A DNA stretch of 64,000 bases from Bacteroidota bacterium (GCA_013287545.1 JABDDQ010000003.1:33064-97063), one strand, 5' to 3'. Positions 41,453 through 52,619 are shown, counted from the first letter of the stretch. Notes: generated by a model from the sequence alone, not told the origin. Numbers and translations are program-made.

Positions 41453-42475
41453 ATGAAAGAGAAAATTGAGACTATACTTCAGGAAATAGAAAGCTTTTCG
41501 GCACAAAGTAAAGAACAAGTTGAAGAATATCGTATTAAATGGCTTAGCAAAAAAGGTGAAGTAACCGTTTTGTTTGATGATTTTAAAAATGTAGCACCTG
41601 AATTAAAACGTGAATTTGGCGCTAAACTAAATGAACTTAAAAACAAAGCACAGGAAAAAATAAATTCACTAAAAGAAAAATTTGAATCACAAAATCAAAC
41701 CTCTTTTCAAAATATTGATTTAAGCCTTCCTGCCGAACCTGTTGCTGAAATTGGTTCTCTACATCCCATAAATATTGTAAAAAAAGAAATTACTAAAATA
41801 TTTGAAGATATTGGTTTTACATTAAGCGAAGGAAGAGAAATTGAGGACGATTGGCATAATTTTACCGCACTAAATACTCCTGAAGATCATCCTGCACGCG
41901 ATATGCAGGATACTTTTTACATACAAACAAATCCTGAAATTGTATTGCGTACACAAACTTCATCAGTACAAGTGCATTTAATGGAAAGCAATAAACCTCC
42001 TATTCGTACTATCTCTCCCGGGCGTGTATATCGTAATGAAACGGTATCTGCACGTAGCCATTGTCAGTTTCATCAAATAGAAGGTTTGTATATAGATACC
42101 AATGTTTCTTTTGCCGATTTAAAGCAGACTATTTTATATTTCGCACAACGTTTCTTCGGCGCTGAAACCAAAATACGTTTGCGCCCAAGTTTTTTTCCGT
42201 TTACCGAACCAAGTGCTGAAGTTGACATATCTTGCACTATTTGTAAAGGCGAAGGTTGCAACATTTGTAAATATAGTGGCTGGTTAGAAATTTTAGGCTG
42301 CGGCATGGTAGACCCTCAAGTGCTTACTAATTGCGGCATAGACGCTACTAAATACAAAGGTTTTGCTTTTGGCATGGGCATAGAACGCATTGCTATGCTC
42401 AAATATAAAATTACCGATATACGTTTGTTTTTTGAAAACGATATACGTTTCTTAAAACAATTTCAGTCGGCATAA
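41453..42475 (+). CDS. pheS: Phenylalanine-tRNA ligase alpha subunit
   Basis: HPARDMQDTF, LRTQTS, FHQIEG, RPSFFPFTEPS, GFAFGMGIER. Confidence 0.98.
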   Translation: MKEKIETILQEIESFSAQSKEQVEEYRIKWLSKKGEVTVLFDDFKNVAPELKREFGAKLNELKNKAQEKINSLKEKFESQNQTSFQNIDLSLPAEPVAEIGSLHPINIVKKEITKIFEDIGFTLSEGREIEDDWHNFTALNTPEDHPARDMQDTFYIQTNPEIVLRTQTSSVQVHLMESNKPPIRTISPGRVYRNETVSARSHCQFHQIEGLYIDTNVSFADLKQTILYFAQRFFGAETKIRLRPSFFPFTEPSAEVDISCTICKGEGCNICKYSGWLEILGCGMVDPQVLTNCGIDATKYKGFAFGMGIERIAMLKYKITDIRLFFENDIRFLKQFQSA

Positions 42476-42476
42476 C

Positions 42477-42791
42477 ATGTCAAGCCGTTTAGAGCAATTA
42501 CAACAAATGTTAGTGCAAGAACCGCACGATGAGTTCTTGCAATATGCCATTGCCATTGAATATTTTTCGGTAAACAATTTTGAAAAAGCAATTGATTGTT
42601 TTAAAAATATTTTAAAAGCTAATGCCGACTATTTAGCCGTTTATTACCAAATGGGCAAGTGCTACGAAGAATTAAAACAAACTGAAAATGCCAAAGACAT
42701 TTACAACAGAGGCATTGAGCTTGCTCAAAAACAAAACAAAACAAAAACCTTGAACGAGCTAAGAGCGGCGTTGTTTTTATTAGAAGATTAA
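42477..42791 (+). CDS. Small TPR protein
   Basis: Two TPR-like helical hairpins (YAIA.EY...AI..F; YYQMG..YE...A...Y..GI). Confidence 0.8.
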   Translation: MSSRLEQLQQMLVQEPHDEFLQYAIAIEYFSVNNFEKAIDCFKNILKANADYLAVYYQMGKCYEELKQTENAKDIYNRGIELAQKQNKTKTLNELRAALFLLED

Positions 42792-42840
42792 ATGTTACAC
42801 TTAATATAGCTTAGTCAAATAAAATATTTAATTTTCCGGT

Positions 42841-43584
42841 ATGTTATTAAACATTGCTTCAAAAAAAATAAAAAAAATACTTCTCATTCTATCATTCTTT
42901 GGTTTGCATTTTATTATGCCCGCACAACAGAATTTTTTTAACGTAAACACTTCCGACATTACGGATAGTGCCAAATTATTTTTTCAGGAACAGCTTAATT
43001 TTAATTCTCAAACCAGTTCAAACACCACTTTTACTTGGGGTTTAGGGCATGGCTTTGAGATTGGCTTCAACGTTTTTGGGGTAAATTTTGATAATCATCA
43101 AAAAATATTTTTAATTAACGATAAAGATTATACTGCCCCGCTTGGTCCGATTCTTTTAATCAACGTACAAAAAGTGTTTCATTTAAACGAGCATTTTAAA
43201 ATTGGTGTAGGCACACAAAGTGGTTTAAATCTCACATCCTACTCCAAACAAATTAGACCTGTAACTTTTGATTATGCCACCTTTGTTTACCAACCTTCTC
43301 ATAGATTAAAGCTGGTAACCGGGGCTTATTATGGCAATCCTTATTTTTTAGGTAGCGGAAATCAATTAGGTGCTATGGCAGGTTTTGAGTGGGCTGTTAT
43401 TGAACATCATTTTCACATACAAGCAGATTGGTTATCAGGCAATAACTCAATGGGGATTTGGGTACCCGGAATGGTTATTTATTTCACACAAAATATATCT
43501 ATGTCTTTAGGTTGGCAATTTCCAAATCCACACACTGCCAATTCTCAGGCCTTTGTATTTGAGTTTACATTCAGAAAATCATAA
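42841..43584 (+). CDS. Putative outer-membrane beta-barrel protein
   Basis: Signal peptide, alternating amphipathic strands, C-terminal AFVFEFTF. Confidence 0.6.
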   Translation: MLLNIASKKIKKILLILSFFGLHFIMPAQQNFFNVNTSDITDSAKLFFQEQLNFNSQTSSNTTFTWGLGHGFEIGFNVFGVNFDNHQKIFLINDKDYTAPLGPILLINVQKVFHLNEHFKIGVGTQSGLNLTSYSKQIRPVTFDYATFVYQPSHRLKLVTGAYYGNPYFLGSGNQLGAMAGFEWAVIEHHFHIQADWLSGNNSMGIWVPGMVIYFTQNISMSLGWQFPNPHTANSQAFVFEFTFRKS

Positions 43585-43651
43585 CCCTAATTAAAGGTTA
43601 AATCCCTTTCCTTTCACGTAAGTCTTCTCAATATTTACTACCTTTATTGGA

Positions 43652-45568
43652 ATGAAAAGAATTGTTTTCATTTTATTTATTTTTACCGCTCATCATTTTT
43701 GGGCACAATCCTCTTTTTCTTCTCTTATTGAAAACGAAAAAAAATCTTTCTTATCCTCACATAATGCATCTACTTGTGCTGTAAGCGATAATTATGACGT
43801 AAAATATTATCGTTGCCGCTGGAATATCGATCCGGCAGTAAACATGATTTCAGGAAATATTACTACTTATTTTAAACCACAATCGCCAATAGATAGCTTA
43901 CAGATGGATGCCTCTATTTCCCTAAGCATTGATAGCGTTTTGTATCACAATTCAAAAATTAATTTTTCTCAATTAACAGGCGATGTGCTTCAGATACATT
44001 TCCCTACAAGTCTTACTGCTTTAGATTCAATAACGGTTTTCTATCACGGAGTTCCACCATCATCCGGGTTTGGTTCTTTTACGCAAAGCACACATGGTCC
44101 AAATCACGACCCAATTATATGGACATTATCAGAACCCTACGGAGCAAGAGATTGGTGGCCTTGTAAAATGACATTAACAGACAAGGCCGATTCGATTGAT
44201 ACATACATTACCATTCCCTCCGGTAATAAAGCCGCAAGTAATGGTTTATTAAAAGAAATCATTCCGCAAGGCGCAAACTACACCTATCATTGGAAACACA
44301 GACACCCCATTGCAGCCTATTTAATTGCCCAAGCCGTAACCAATTACACATCTTATACCGATACTGCGCAATTACAAAACGGTACGTTACCAGTATTATA
44401 TTATGTGTATCCTGAAGACAGTACTGGTTCAAGAACTACAGATAAACAATTACTTAAAGTAATTCACTATTATGATAGTTTATTTATACCCTATTCTTTC
44501 TCCAACGAAAAATATGGACATGCTCAATTTGGTTGGGGCGGTGGCATGGAGCATCAAACGATGAGTTTTGTAGGAAGTTTTGCTATTGATTTATTAGCCC
44601 ACGAATTAGCCCACCAATGGTTTGGCGATAGGGTTACTTGTGGCACCTGGCGCGATATATGGCTTAATGAAGGTTTTGCAGTTTATTGTACCGCCATTAG
44701 CTTAACAACCTTGTTTGGTGAACAATATTTTATAGATTGGAGAAACTCAACCAGTAATAACGTAACCTCTATATCAAATGGATCAGTTTATGTAGATGAC
44801 ACAACAAGTGTAGCCCGTGTTTTTGATAATAGATTAACCTACAATAAAGGTGCTTATTTACTGCACATGTTGCGGTGCATGCTGGGTGATAGCTTGTTCT
44901 TTCAAGGTCTTCGAAATTATTTAAACGACCCTACACTTGCTTATTCATTCGCTAAAACAGCCATGTTGCAACAACATTTAGAAAACGTATCCGGGCAATC
45001 GCTTACTACCTTTTTTCAGCAATGGTTTTATGGTCAAGGGTTTCCTTCTTATTTAGTTTTATATAATCAAGATGCAAATAATCAGTTAAAAATAACGCTT
45101 AACCAAAGTACATCAGATAATTCAGTTTCTTTCTTTGAAATGCCTGTACCTATTGAATTTAAAGGGAAAGGAAAAGACACTACTATTATTTTTAATCATA
45201 CATCATCGGGGCAAGTGTTTTATGTAAACTTAAATTTTAGTGTAGACAGTATCTTTTTAGACCCTGATTTACATATTTTATCTGCACATAATAAAGTAAT
45301 GAATGAGTTTGCTTATCTAAGAAGTCTACAATCGTTGGTAGTTTATCCAAACCCAACTACAGATATAGTAAATGTGGAAATAAATGATTTCTCTAATTTC
45401 CCTCGAAGTGTAGAATTATATAATGTATTAGGAGAAAAAATAACAAGTTTTACTCCGGCAGGAAATATATTTTCTGTTCCTCTTACCAACCTTGCTATTG
45501 GGACTTATTATTTAAAAATAATTTCAGAAGATAACGTTTACACACATAAAATTATAAAAGAAAACTAA
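43652..45568 (+). CDS. T9SS-secreted M1 family aminopeptidase
   Basis: GGMEH, HELAHQWFG...WLNEGFA, YNKG, C-terminal VYPNP...GTYYLKI...KIIK. Confidence 0.92.
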   Translation: MKRIVFILFIFTAHHFWAQSSFSSLIENEKKSFLSSHNASTCAVSDNYDVKYYRCRWNIDPAVNMISGNITTYFKPQSPIDSLQMDASISLSIDSVLYHNSKINFSQLTGDVLQIHFPTSLTALDSITVFYHGVPPSSGFGSFTQSTHGPNHDPIIWTLSEPYGARDWWPCKMTLTDKADSIDTYITIPSGNKAASNGLLKEIIPQGANYTYHWKHRHPIAAYLIAQAVTNYTSYTDTAQLQNGTLPVLYYVYPEDSTGSRTTDKQLLKVIHYYDSLFIPYSFSNEKYGHAQFGWGGGMEHQTMSFVGSFAIDLLAHELAHQWFGDRVTCGTWRDIWLNEGFAVYCTAISLTTLFGEQYFIDWRNSTSNNVTSISNGSVYVDDTTSVARVFDNRLTYNKGAYLLHMLRCMLGDSLFFQGLRNYLNDPTLAYSFAKTAMLQQHLENVSGQSLTTFFQQWFYGQGFPSYLVLYNQDANNQLKITLNQSTSDNSVSFFEMPVPIEFKGKGKDTTIIFNHTSSGQVFYVNLNFSVDSIFLDPDLHILSAHNKVMNEFAYLRSLQSLVVYPNPTTDIVNVEINDFSNFPRSVELYNVLGEKITSFTPAGNIFSVPLTNLAIGTYYLKIISEDNVYTHKIIKEN

Positions 45569-45571
45569 GTT

Positions 45572-47461
45572 TTACTTTTTTAGTACAGGTAATAAAATAG
45601 ACGAAGCATTTTTACCATCGTGATAAATGCGAACGGTTGATTTCACAAAATCTTTTTCATCGCAATGATAAATGTCTACAAACTGCTGCGGGTTTCTATC
45701 AACCAGAGGAAACCAAGAGCTCTGTATCTGAATCATAATACGATGCCCTTTTTTAAATGTATGTGCTATATCAGGTAATTCATATTTTACCTGTGTAATT
45801 TTTTCAGGCGTAAAGGCTTCCGGTTTTTCAAAACTATTTCTAAACTTGCCACGCATTATTTCGCCACGCACCAACATCTGGTAGCCACCCATCGGATACT
45901 TATCATTGGCTGAATAACTAAATGTATCAGGAAAAACATCTATCAATTTCACTACAAAATCTGCATCGGTAGTAGAAATGCTTACTAACAAATTAGCTAC
46001 TACAGGTCCAGCCAATGTAACATCCTCATTAAGTACATCCGTTTTAAAAGTAAGCACATCGGGTCTGCGTGAAGCAAAACGTTGGTCATCTGTCATATAA
46101 CTACGTGTACGGTCTAAATGAACATCTTCGGTATAAGGAACGGGTTTAGCAGGGTCGCTTATATATTCAGAGAAACTTAAAGCAGTAGCGGTTGGCTTAG
46201 CAAAACTTAAAGATTCTTTTTCATTCAAATAAATAGGTTTTGTCTCTATATTTTTTGGAGGCCATTCGGTAAACGTAGTCCATTTGTTTTCTCCGGTTAC
46301 AAAAATATTCGCTTCCGAAATTTGTTTAGCATCACCTTCTCCTTTTAAATAGTAATTGAAAAAAGGCACTTCAATTTTAGAATAATAATAGTCGTTAACC
46401 CCCTTACCAAATTGAATGTTACCCAAACGACTACCATCAGACCTTGCCCATCCACCATGAAACCATGGCCCCATAACCAATTTATTATTTGTAGCAGGGC
46501 TTTGTTTTTCAATAGTTTTATACGTGTTCCATGCACCCCAGCAATCTTCGGCATCAAATAAACCTCCTGTAATAAGCATAGCAGGTTTAATATTTTTTAA
46601 ATGACTTGTTATGGTGTGCGATTTCCAAAAATCATCGTAGTTAGAATGATTCATTTCATCAGTCCAAAACTTAACCGTATCACCCATATATAGTTTAGTA
46701 AGATTTTTAAGCGTTCCAACTTTCAGGAAGAAATCATAATTATCGTCACTATTGTAGTCAAAAGAAGCTGCTTCTTCTGTAGTAGGTTTTGGGCGAGGTT
46801 TGCCAAAATAATAATCAAAACCATAAGTATCTAACAGAAAAAAAGCACCATTATGATGTACATCATCACCAATAAACCAATTGGTAACAGGTGCCTGCGG
46901 GCCTACCGCTTTTAAAGCCGGGTGCCCACTTAGTGCCGCCATAGTAGAATAAAAACCAGGATACGAAATTCCACTTATACCAACTTTTCCATTGTTTGTG
47001 GGGATGTGTTTTACCATCCAGTCGATAGCATCGTACGTATCGCTTGCCTCATCTATCTCTTTAGGTTTTTTATTTTCTATATAGGGACGGATATCTTCAA
47101 ACTCGCCTTCGCTCATATATTTCCCACGCACATCTTGCAGTACTACAATATATTTTTCTTTAAAATAATATTTAGTATTTCTGCTCCAAAAACTTCTGAA
47201 TTTACCTTCGCCATAAGGAGCACAAGAGTACGGTGTACGCATAAGCATAATCGGATGTTTTTGCGAAGAATCTTTTGGGATGTATATAGAAGTAAAAAGT
47301 TTTACTCCATCACGCATAGGAATGCTACGTTCAATTTTATAATAATTAGTTACTATCCAAGCAGAATCCTGACTGGCTTCTTTTGCTTTTTCCGGTGAAA
47401 TTTGTGCAGTAAGTGAGCCACACGTAAAAATTAAAAATAATAGTTTGCTAATTTTTTGCAT
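45572..47461 (-). CDS. CocE/NonD family hydrolase (alpha-amino acid ester hydrolase / glutaryl-7-ACA acylase-like)
   Basis: PMRDGVKL, RTPY, QDVRG, GISYPG nucleophile, GPWFHG, SSWFP..DRNPQ; signal peptide. Confidence 0.92.
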   Translation of the reverse strand: MQKISKLLFLIFTCGSLTAQISPEKAKEASQDSAWIVTNYYKIERSIPMRDGVKLFTSIYIPKDSSQKHPIMLMRTPYSCAPYGEGKFRSFWSRNTKYYFKEKYIVVLQDVRGKYMSEGEFEDIRPYIENKKPKEIDEASDTYDAIDWMVKHIPTNNGKVGISGISYPGFYSTMAALSGHPALKAVGPQAPVTNWFIGDDVHHNGAFFLLDTYGFDYYFGKPRPKPTTEEAASFDYNSDDNYDFFLKVGTLKNLTKLYMGDTVKFWTDEMNHSNYDDFWKSHTITSHLKNIKPAMLITGGLFDAEDCWGAWNTYKTIEKQSPATNNKLVMGPWFHGGWARSDGSRLGNIQFGKGVNDYYYSKIEVPFFNYYLKGEGDAKQISEANIFVTGENKWTTFTEWPPKNIETKPIYLNEKESLSFAKPTATALSFSEYISDPAKPVPYTEDVHLDRTRSYMTDDQRFASRRPDVLTFKTDVLNEDVTLAGPVVANLLVSISTTDADFVVKLIDVFPDTFSYSANDKYPMGGYQMLVRGEIMRGKFRNSFEKPEAFTPEKITQVKYELPDIAHTFKKGHRIMIQIQSSWFPLVDRNPQQFVDIYHCDEKDFVKSTVRIYHDGKNASSILLPVLKK

Positions 47462-47476
47462 AGATGTTTTTGTTGT

Positions 47477-50400
47477 TTAAAGTTTGATGCCAATAATGGT
47501 AACATCATCTACCTGATCTAAACTGCCCTTCCAATCATTAAAAGTGTTTCGTAAAATTTTACTTTGTTCTTCTAACGGCTTATCACTAATGGCAAGTAGT
47601 TTTTCTTCCAGTTGTTTGTATTTAAACTTTTTACCTTTTGGCCCGCCAAACTGATCGGGATATCCATCTGTCATTAAATAATAAACATTCCCTTTTTTAA
47701 ATTCTACCGTATGTTTTGTAAACGGTTTCGGGTTATCGGTTTTACCAATAGATTGTTTATCGGCTTTAATTTCGTGCAATTGTTTATTTGAAATATACCA
47801 TAGCTGGTTATTAGCTCCACTCCACGAAATTTGCTGTTTAGCTTCATCAATGGCTAATAAAGAAATATCCATGCCATCTTTTATTTCTTCGCCACTTTTT
47901 TTAAAGGTTTCTAAAACCAGTTCACGAGTTTTGTCAAGTATTTTTCCGGTATCGCGTAAGCCAAATTCTTTTACGGCGCTATTAAGCGCATTACTACACA
48001 CTACACTTACCATGGCACCCGGTACGCCATGCCCGGTACAATCGGCCGCGGCAATAAAAATAATATGCTCAATCTCCTCCATCCAATAAAAGTCGCCGGC
48101 AATAATGTCTTTTGGTTTATACAATAAAAAAGTATTCGGTAATTTTTGCCGAATTAATTCAATGGGCGGAAGAATAGCATCCTGTATACGCTTAGCATAG
48201 TTAATGCTATCTGTAATGTCTTTATTTTTTTCTTCTATGATTTCTTTTTGCTGTTCAAGTTCTTCTTTTTGTTTTACCACTTCGGCAGTACGTTCAAGTA
48301 CCTTATCTTCCAATATTTTTTTCTCACTAAGTAATTTGTGCTCTCTAAATTTTATATAAGCATACACTACTACTACAAATAAAATAGCGCATATAATATA
48401 AAACCAAATAGTACGGTACCAAGGTGGAGAAATAGTAAACGTAAACGTAGTTGGTTCCGCATTCCAAACTCCATTAGCACCCATTGCTTTTACTTTAAAG
48501 GTGTAAGTGCCAGGTGCAAGCCCCGGATAATCACGTTCGGTTTGCGTTGTAATGGGCGACCAATCTTTTTCTAAACCTTCTAACTGATACCTGTATTTTA
48601 TTTTTTGTGGATTGCCAAGTGAAATTGCCGAAAACTGAAACAACAAATGATTTTCGGAATAAGGAAGGTTAAGCTTGAAAGGAAGATTGAACCATGGCAT
48701 TACAGAATCTGCTTTGGTTGTCCAATCAACATCATTATAAAATAGTTTTACCGAAGTAATATGTGTTTGTGGTGATTTTTGGTTTTCTTTATCTGCGCTT
48801 GGGTCGTAACAAGTAAGCCCTTTAACAGTACCAATCCAAATATTATTTTGCTTGTCTTTATATATGGCATTATCATTACACTCAACTCCGGTAAAGCCAT
48901 CGGTAGCGTTATAATTTTTAACCGAATTTATTTTCCAGGCATCGCCAAACGTAATTTTACTAAAGCCTTTATCGGTGCCAACAATCAGGTTTTTAGCATC
49001 CTGAAAGACAAGCGATTTAATAGAGTTAGAACCCAGCAAACTATCGTTAGCAACAAACCTTATTTTTATTTTACCCTGAGCATGCGCATCAAACATATAA
49101 AGCCCTCCATTATTTGTGCCTATCCAAATATTTCCATCTACGCTTTCAGTTAATGCTTTGGTATTTTTATGAAGCAAACCTTCCGCTTCATCGTATGTGG
49201 TAATTGCTCCTCCTCCACCGTACTTGGCTAAGCCACCACCGGTACCAAACCAAATATCTCCTTTTTTATCCTGAATAATGGCATTGACGTCTTTATCGCT
49301 CATCATAAGCGTTGACATATCTGTATTTAAAAACTTTACGCCATCGTACAAACTAATGCCCTGTTTAGTACCACACCACACTTTGCCGCTTTTATCAACT
49401 AAAATGCTATAAACACTATTATCCAATAAATCATGTTCAACCGAATAGTTAGTAAATGTTTTTCCGTTATACTTGGCTATTCCGGCATCAGATATAGCAG
49501 CCCAAATATTTGGGTTTTTAGATGATTTACCTGCTGAAATAGAAAGTATATTATTGCCCATTAAGCCATCATGCGTAGTGTAGTTTTTAAATTGGGGAAC
49601 TGTTTTATCGAAATTCATTTGCACAATTCCGCCTGCGGTAGCCAGCCAAAAGTTTCCAACCGAATCTTGGTCTATGCCCTGCACAATATTATTTTGAAGC
49701 CCATCTTTTTCTCTGTAATGAGAAAACTTGTCGCCCATATATTTACATAATCCCTCACTATTGGTGCCAATCCAAATATTTTCTTCATTGTCTTCAAACA
49801 CACATAACATTTGGTTACCAGGCAAGCCTTCCTTATCGGTATAATGGTCTAAATTAAATTTTGACAGATGTTTAGATGAAGTAACACGGTTTCTTATAAT
49901 TCCATTTTCTGCCGAAGCAAACCACATTTCATTTTTGCTCGATTTAAAAATGCCCCAAACTTTTTTGGCAGTAAATTCATTATCGTGATTAAATACAGTA
50001 ACTTTTCGTGAAAGCAACTCAAGCCAAAAATCATTTTTACTTGATTGTTTTGCAGGAGCAATGCTAAACACTCCCTCGTCAAGCATTCCAAACCATAGAG
50101 TACCCTCATTATCTTCGCCAATTGAAAGAATAAAATCGCTTGGTATTTCTTTTCCACCTCTAAGCTGGTCTATTCTAAAAGAATCTTTTTCGGGTGTAAT
50201 AATATTTAAGCCACCAAAAGTAGCCAACCATATATGCCCTGCTTTATCCTGATGGATGTTGAATACAGAATTATTACTCAATCCCCTATGCTCATCAATA
50301 ACCTGTACACGAAACGAATCTTTAGCCACCTGAGTAACTTTGTTTACCCCCCCATCATCGGTGCCCGCCCAAATATTTCCTTTTTCATCTTCTATAATTG

Positions 50401-50776
50401 ATAAAACCGTAGTGCCCGATAAGCCATTTTTTTTACCGATAGTTTTAAATTTTAAACCATCATAGACAATAAGTCCTTTATCTTTTGTACCTGCCCATAA
50501 TCTGCCTTTTTTATCTAATAACAAACTACGAACTATATCACCTGAAAAACCTTCTCTTTTTGAAAATGTTTTAAAGTTTATACCATCAAAACGACAAAGC
50601 CCGCCACCTTCTGTACCGAGCCATAAGTAACCATTATTATCCTGAACGATACAGTAAATAGTTGCCTGAGGCAAGCCCTGCTCAATAGAATAAACCTGAA
50701 AATTATTGCGTTGCCCAAATAAAGTAAAGGAAAATGTAAAAAACAGTAAACAATATATGAGTCTCTTCCTTATCAT
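47477..50776 (-). CDS. Membrane sensor phosphatase: periplasmic Reg_prop beta-propellers + Y_Y_Y + TM + SpoIIE/PP2C domain
   Basis: Many D..G.IW.GT..G repeats, YRYQLEG...YTFKVKA, PPWY+TM, coiled coil, SINYAKRIQ, AGDFYW, ADCTGHGVPGA, DGMD, TDGYPDQFGG, QVDD. Confidence 0.92.
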   Translation of the reverse strand: MIRKRLIYCLLFFTFSFTLFGQRNNFQVYSIEQGLPQATIYCIVQDNNGYLWLGTEGGGLCRFDGINFKTFSKREGFSGDIVRSLLLDKKGRLWAGTKDKGLIVYDGLKFKTIGKKNGLSGTTVLSIIEDEKGNIWAGTDDGGVNKVTQVAKDSFRVQVIDEHRGLSNNSVFNIHQDKAGHIWLATFGGLNIITPEKDSFRIDQLRGGKEIPSDFILSIGEDNEGTLWFGMLDEGVFSIAPAKQSSKNDFWLELLSRKVTVFNHDNEFTAKKVWGIFKSSKNEMWFASAENGIIRNRVTSSKHLSKFNLDHYTDKEGLPGNQMLCVFEDNEENIWIGTNSEGLCKYMGDKFSHYREKDGLQNNIVQGIDQDSVGNFWLATAGGIVQMNFDKTVPQFKNYTTHDGLMGNNILSISAGKSSKNPNIWAAISDAGIAKYNGKTFTNYSVEHDLLDNSVYSILVDKSGKVWCGTKQGISLYDGVKFLNTDMSTLMMSDKDVNAIIQDKKGDIWFGTGGGLAKYGGGGAITTYDEAEGLLHKNTKALTESVDGNIWIGTNNGGLYMFDAHAQGKIKIRFVANDSLLGSNSIKSLVFQDAKNLIVGTDKGFSKITFGDAWKINSVKNYNATDGFTGVECNDNAIYKDKQNNIWIGTVKGLTCYDPSADKENQKSPQTHITSVKLFYNDVDWTTKADSVMPWFNLPFKLNLPYSENHLLFQFSAISLGNPQKIKYRYQLEGLEKDWSPITTQTERDYPGLAPGTYTFKVKAMGANGVWNAEPTTFTFTISPPWYRTIWFYIICAILFVVVVYAYIKFREHKLLSEKKILEDKVLERTAEVVKQKEELEQQKEIIEEKNKDITDSINYAKRIQDAILPPIELIRQKLPNTFLLYKPKDIIAGDFYWMEEIEHIIFIAAADCTGHGVPGAMVSVVCSNALNSAVKEFGLRDTGKILDKTRELVLETFKKSGEEIKDGMDISLLAIDEAKQQISWSGANNQLWYISNKQLHEIKADKQSIGKTDNPKPFTKHTVEFKKGNVYYLMTDGYPDQFGGPKGKKFKYKQLEEKLLAISDKPLEEQSKILRNTFNDWKGSLDQVDDVTIIGIKL

Positions 50777-50833
50777 GTACGGTAAAGAACAAATGTAATA
50801 AACAAAAAAGATACGTACTGAAAAAAGAAAAGG

Positions 50834-52537
50834 TTACTTTTTTATAAAAATAAACTGCCCACCTTCATCTCCCGTATTTTTTATAGCCTGAAACTGTGGT
50901 GATTGCTCTGAGTTATTAGTTACCGGAATTTTTATGGTTGAGTAAAGCTGACTGGCATCATAAAACTTACTGGTGTTACCCGTTAAGGCTTTTAAAAAAT
51001 AATACGCAAAAACCGAGTGCCCTTCTTTTCCTCCATCCATTACAGGCTCAATGCCACCTGAAGTAAGTGCCTGACGAGAAGCCAAATTATTTACTTCTTT
51101 ATAATATCTCTCCGAATTTTCGAAAGGAACGCCAATGGTGTTTCCTCTAAAAATATCGCCGCTAAAACAAGCATCAGAAATTAATAAGGTGTGTTTTGAT
51201 TTTATACCTGTTAAAAAAGTTTGAATGTCGTTATTAGAAATATAATCGGATGTAGATGTAGTTTGCGCGTCTACCGGAACCCAATAACCTTTGCCCAATT
51301 GTTGCTTATATTCTCCATGTCCCGAAAAATAAATCAACACATTATCTTTCTCCTTTACATTAGCGGCAAGCCACTCCATGGTAGTAATAATATTTTTACG
51401 AGTTGCCTGTACATCGTACAATGTTTTAAAAACATCTATTTTATATTTCTGTCTTAATAATGCTTCAACTGCCTTGGCATCTTTTACACCGTTTTTTAAC
51501 GGTTGCCAGCTTCCGCCATATTTATCAACGCCAATAATCAACGCATAGTAATCACCTACTTGTAAGGTGGTTGATTTGTCAACATTCAAGCCTTTAAGTG
51601 GGTCGCCACTGCCACGATATTGCGTAGCGTTATCTTGATTAGCCGGCGCGCTTGGAGATGGCGTATTTGTTTTTTGATTTTGAGAAGGGTTTGTATTTGA
51701 AGCAACGGGTGTAGATGTAGTTCTATCTTCTGTAACCTTCACCGTATTAGCTGTGCCTGAGCCATCTTGCATTTCAACCGTAGCGCCTTTTATTTTTTGC
51801 GGGGTTGCTTCTATAAACACATTATGCCATAGTATAGTCATATCTACCAATTGCATATCCATGTCTCTTCCGCCTTTCATTTTTTCCCAAACAAGTACAA
51901 ACCTATCATCATCTCCTTTATTAAATAAAATTGGTTTTGTTCTTGTATGAGTGCTTGCATATTCGTTACCATCGGGCATTTTTACAGCAGCTTTTGATAA
52001 ATAAATAAAACCCATTTTATCGCCGTTATAAATGCACTTAAATTTCACATCGGTTTTAGCTGTTTTTTTATCTAAATCAACCATCGTACAATTAAAGTTT
52101 CCTGCATTGAAAGAGTTTTGTGAAGCAGGTAACTTAAAATCGGGCACAGAAATAGCACCTCCGTTAGGCGATACTTTGTATAAACCATCTACTACAAACG
52201 AGTAGCTTTTTACTGCATTATAAACGCCTTTTATATTAATTACTCTTGAGCCTGTTTCGTTAGGTTCAAGAATTAATGTTTTTTCTTTAGGATGAACTTC
52301 TGTGCCGTTTATAATAAACTTACTTTCTTCTGCTTTATAAATAATGTAATCAGCCGTTTTATTCTGAATTTTTAGTTTAAATTTTGTACCCCCATCGGTA
52401 GAAACTCCATCAACCAAATCAATAACCACATAATCCGATTCTACTCTGGCATCTTTATACTTTGTTTCTTTTTGCGCTGTGGCATAGTTTACCGCTAACC
52501 CAATAATTAATGTTAACGTTAAAAGTATTTTTTTCAT
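50834..52537 (-). CDS. Exported caspase-like protease (peptidase C14) with N-terminal tandem beta-sandwich-like domains
   Basis: Signal peptide; Ser/Thr/Asn/Pro-rich linker; ALIIGVDKY, YFSGHG (His), ISDACFSG (Cys), HSVF; TAAATTTG promoter element at 52568-52575. Confidence 0.88.
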   Translation of the reverse strand: MKKILLTLTLIIGLAVNYATAQKETKYKDARVESDYVVIDLVDGVSTDGGTKFKLKIQNKTADYIIYKAEESKFIINGTEVHPKEKTLILEPNETGSRVINIKGVYNAVKSYSFVVDGLYKVSPNGGAISVPDFKLPASQNSFNAGNFNCTMVDLDKKTAKTDVKFKCIYNGDKMGFIYLSKAAVKMPDGNEYASTHTRTKPILFNKGDDDRFVLVWEKMKGGRDMDMQLVDMTILWHNVFIEATPQKIKGATVEMQDGSGTANTVKVTEDRTTSTPVASNTNPSQNQKTNTPSPSAPANQDNATQYRGSGDPLKGLNVDKSTTLQVGDYYALIIGVDKYGGSWQPLKNGVKDAKAVEALLRQKYKIDVFKTLYDVQATRKNIITTMEWLAANVKEKDNVLIYFSGHGEYKQQLGKGYWVPVDAQTTSTSDYISNNDIQTFLTGIKSKHTLLISDACFSGDIFRGNTIGVPFENSERYYKEVNNLASRQALTSGGIEPVMDGGKEGHSVFAYYFLKALTGNTSKFYDASQLYSTIKIPVTNNSEQSPQFQAIKNTGDEGGQFIFIKK

Positions 52538-52619
52538 TTAAAACTATTTATTGTTGTTTGATTCAAGCAAATTTAATCCTTTTCTGCAATTAGCAACATA
52601 CAAGTGAGCCAACTAAATT

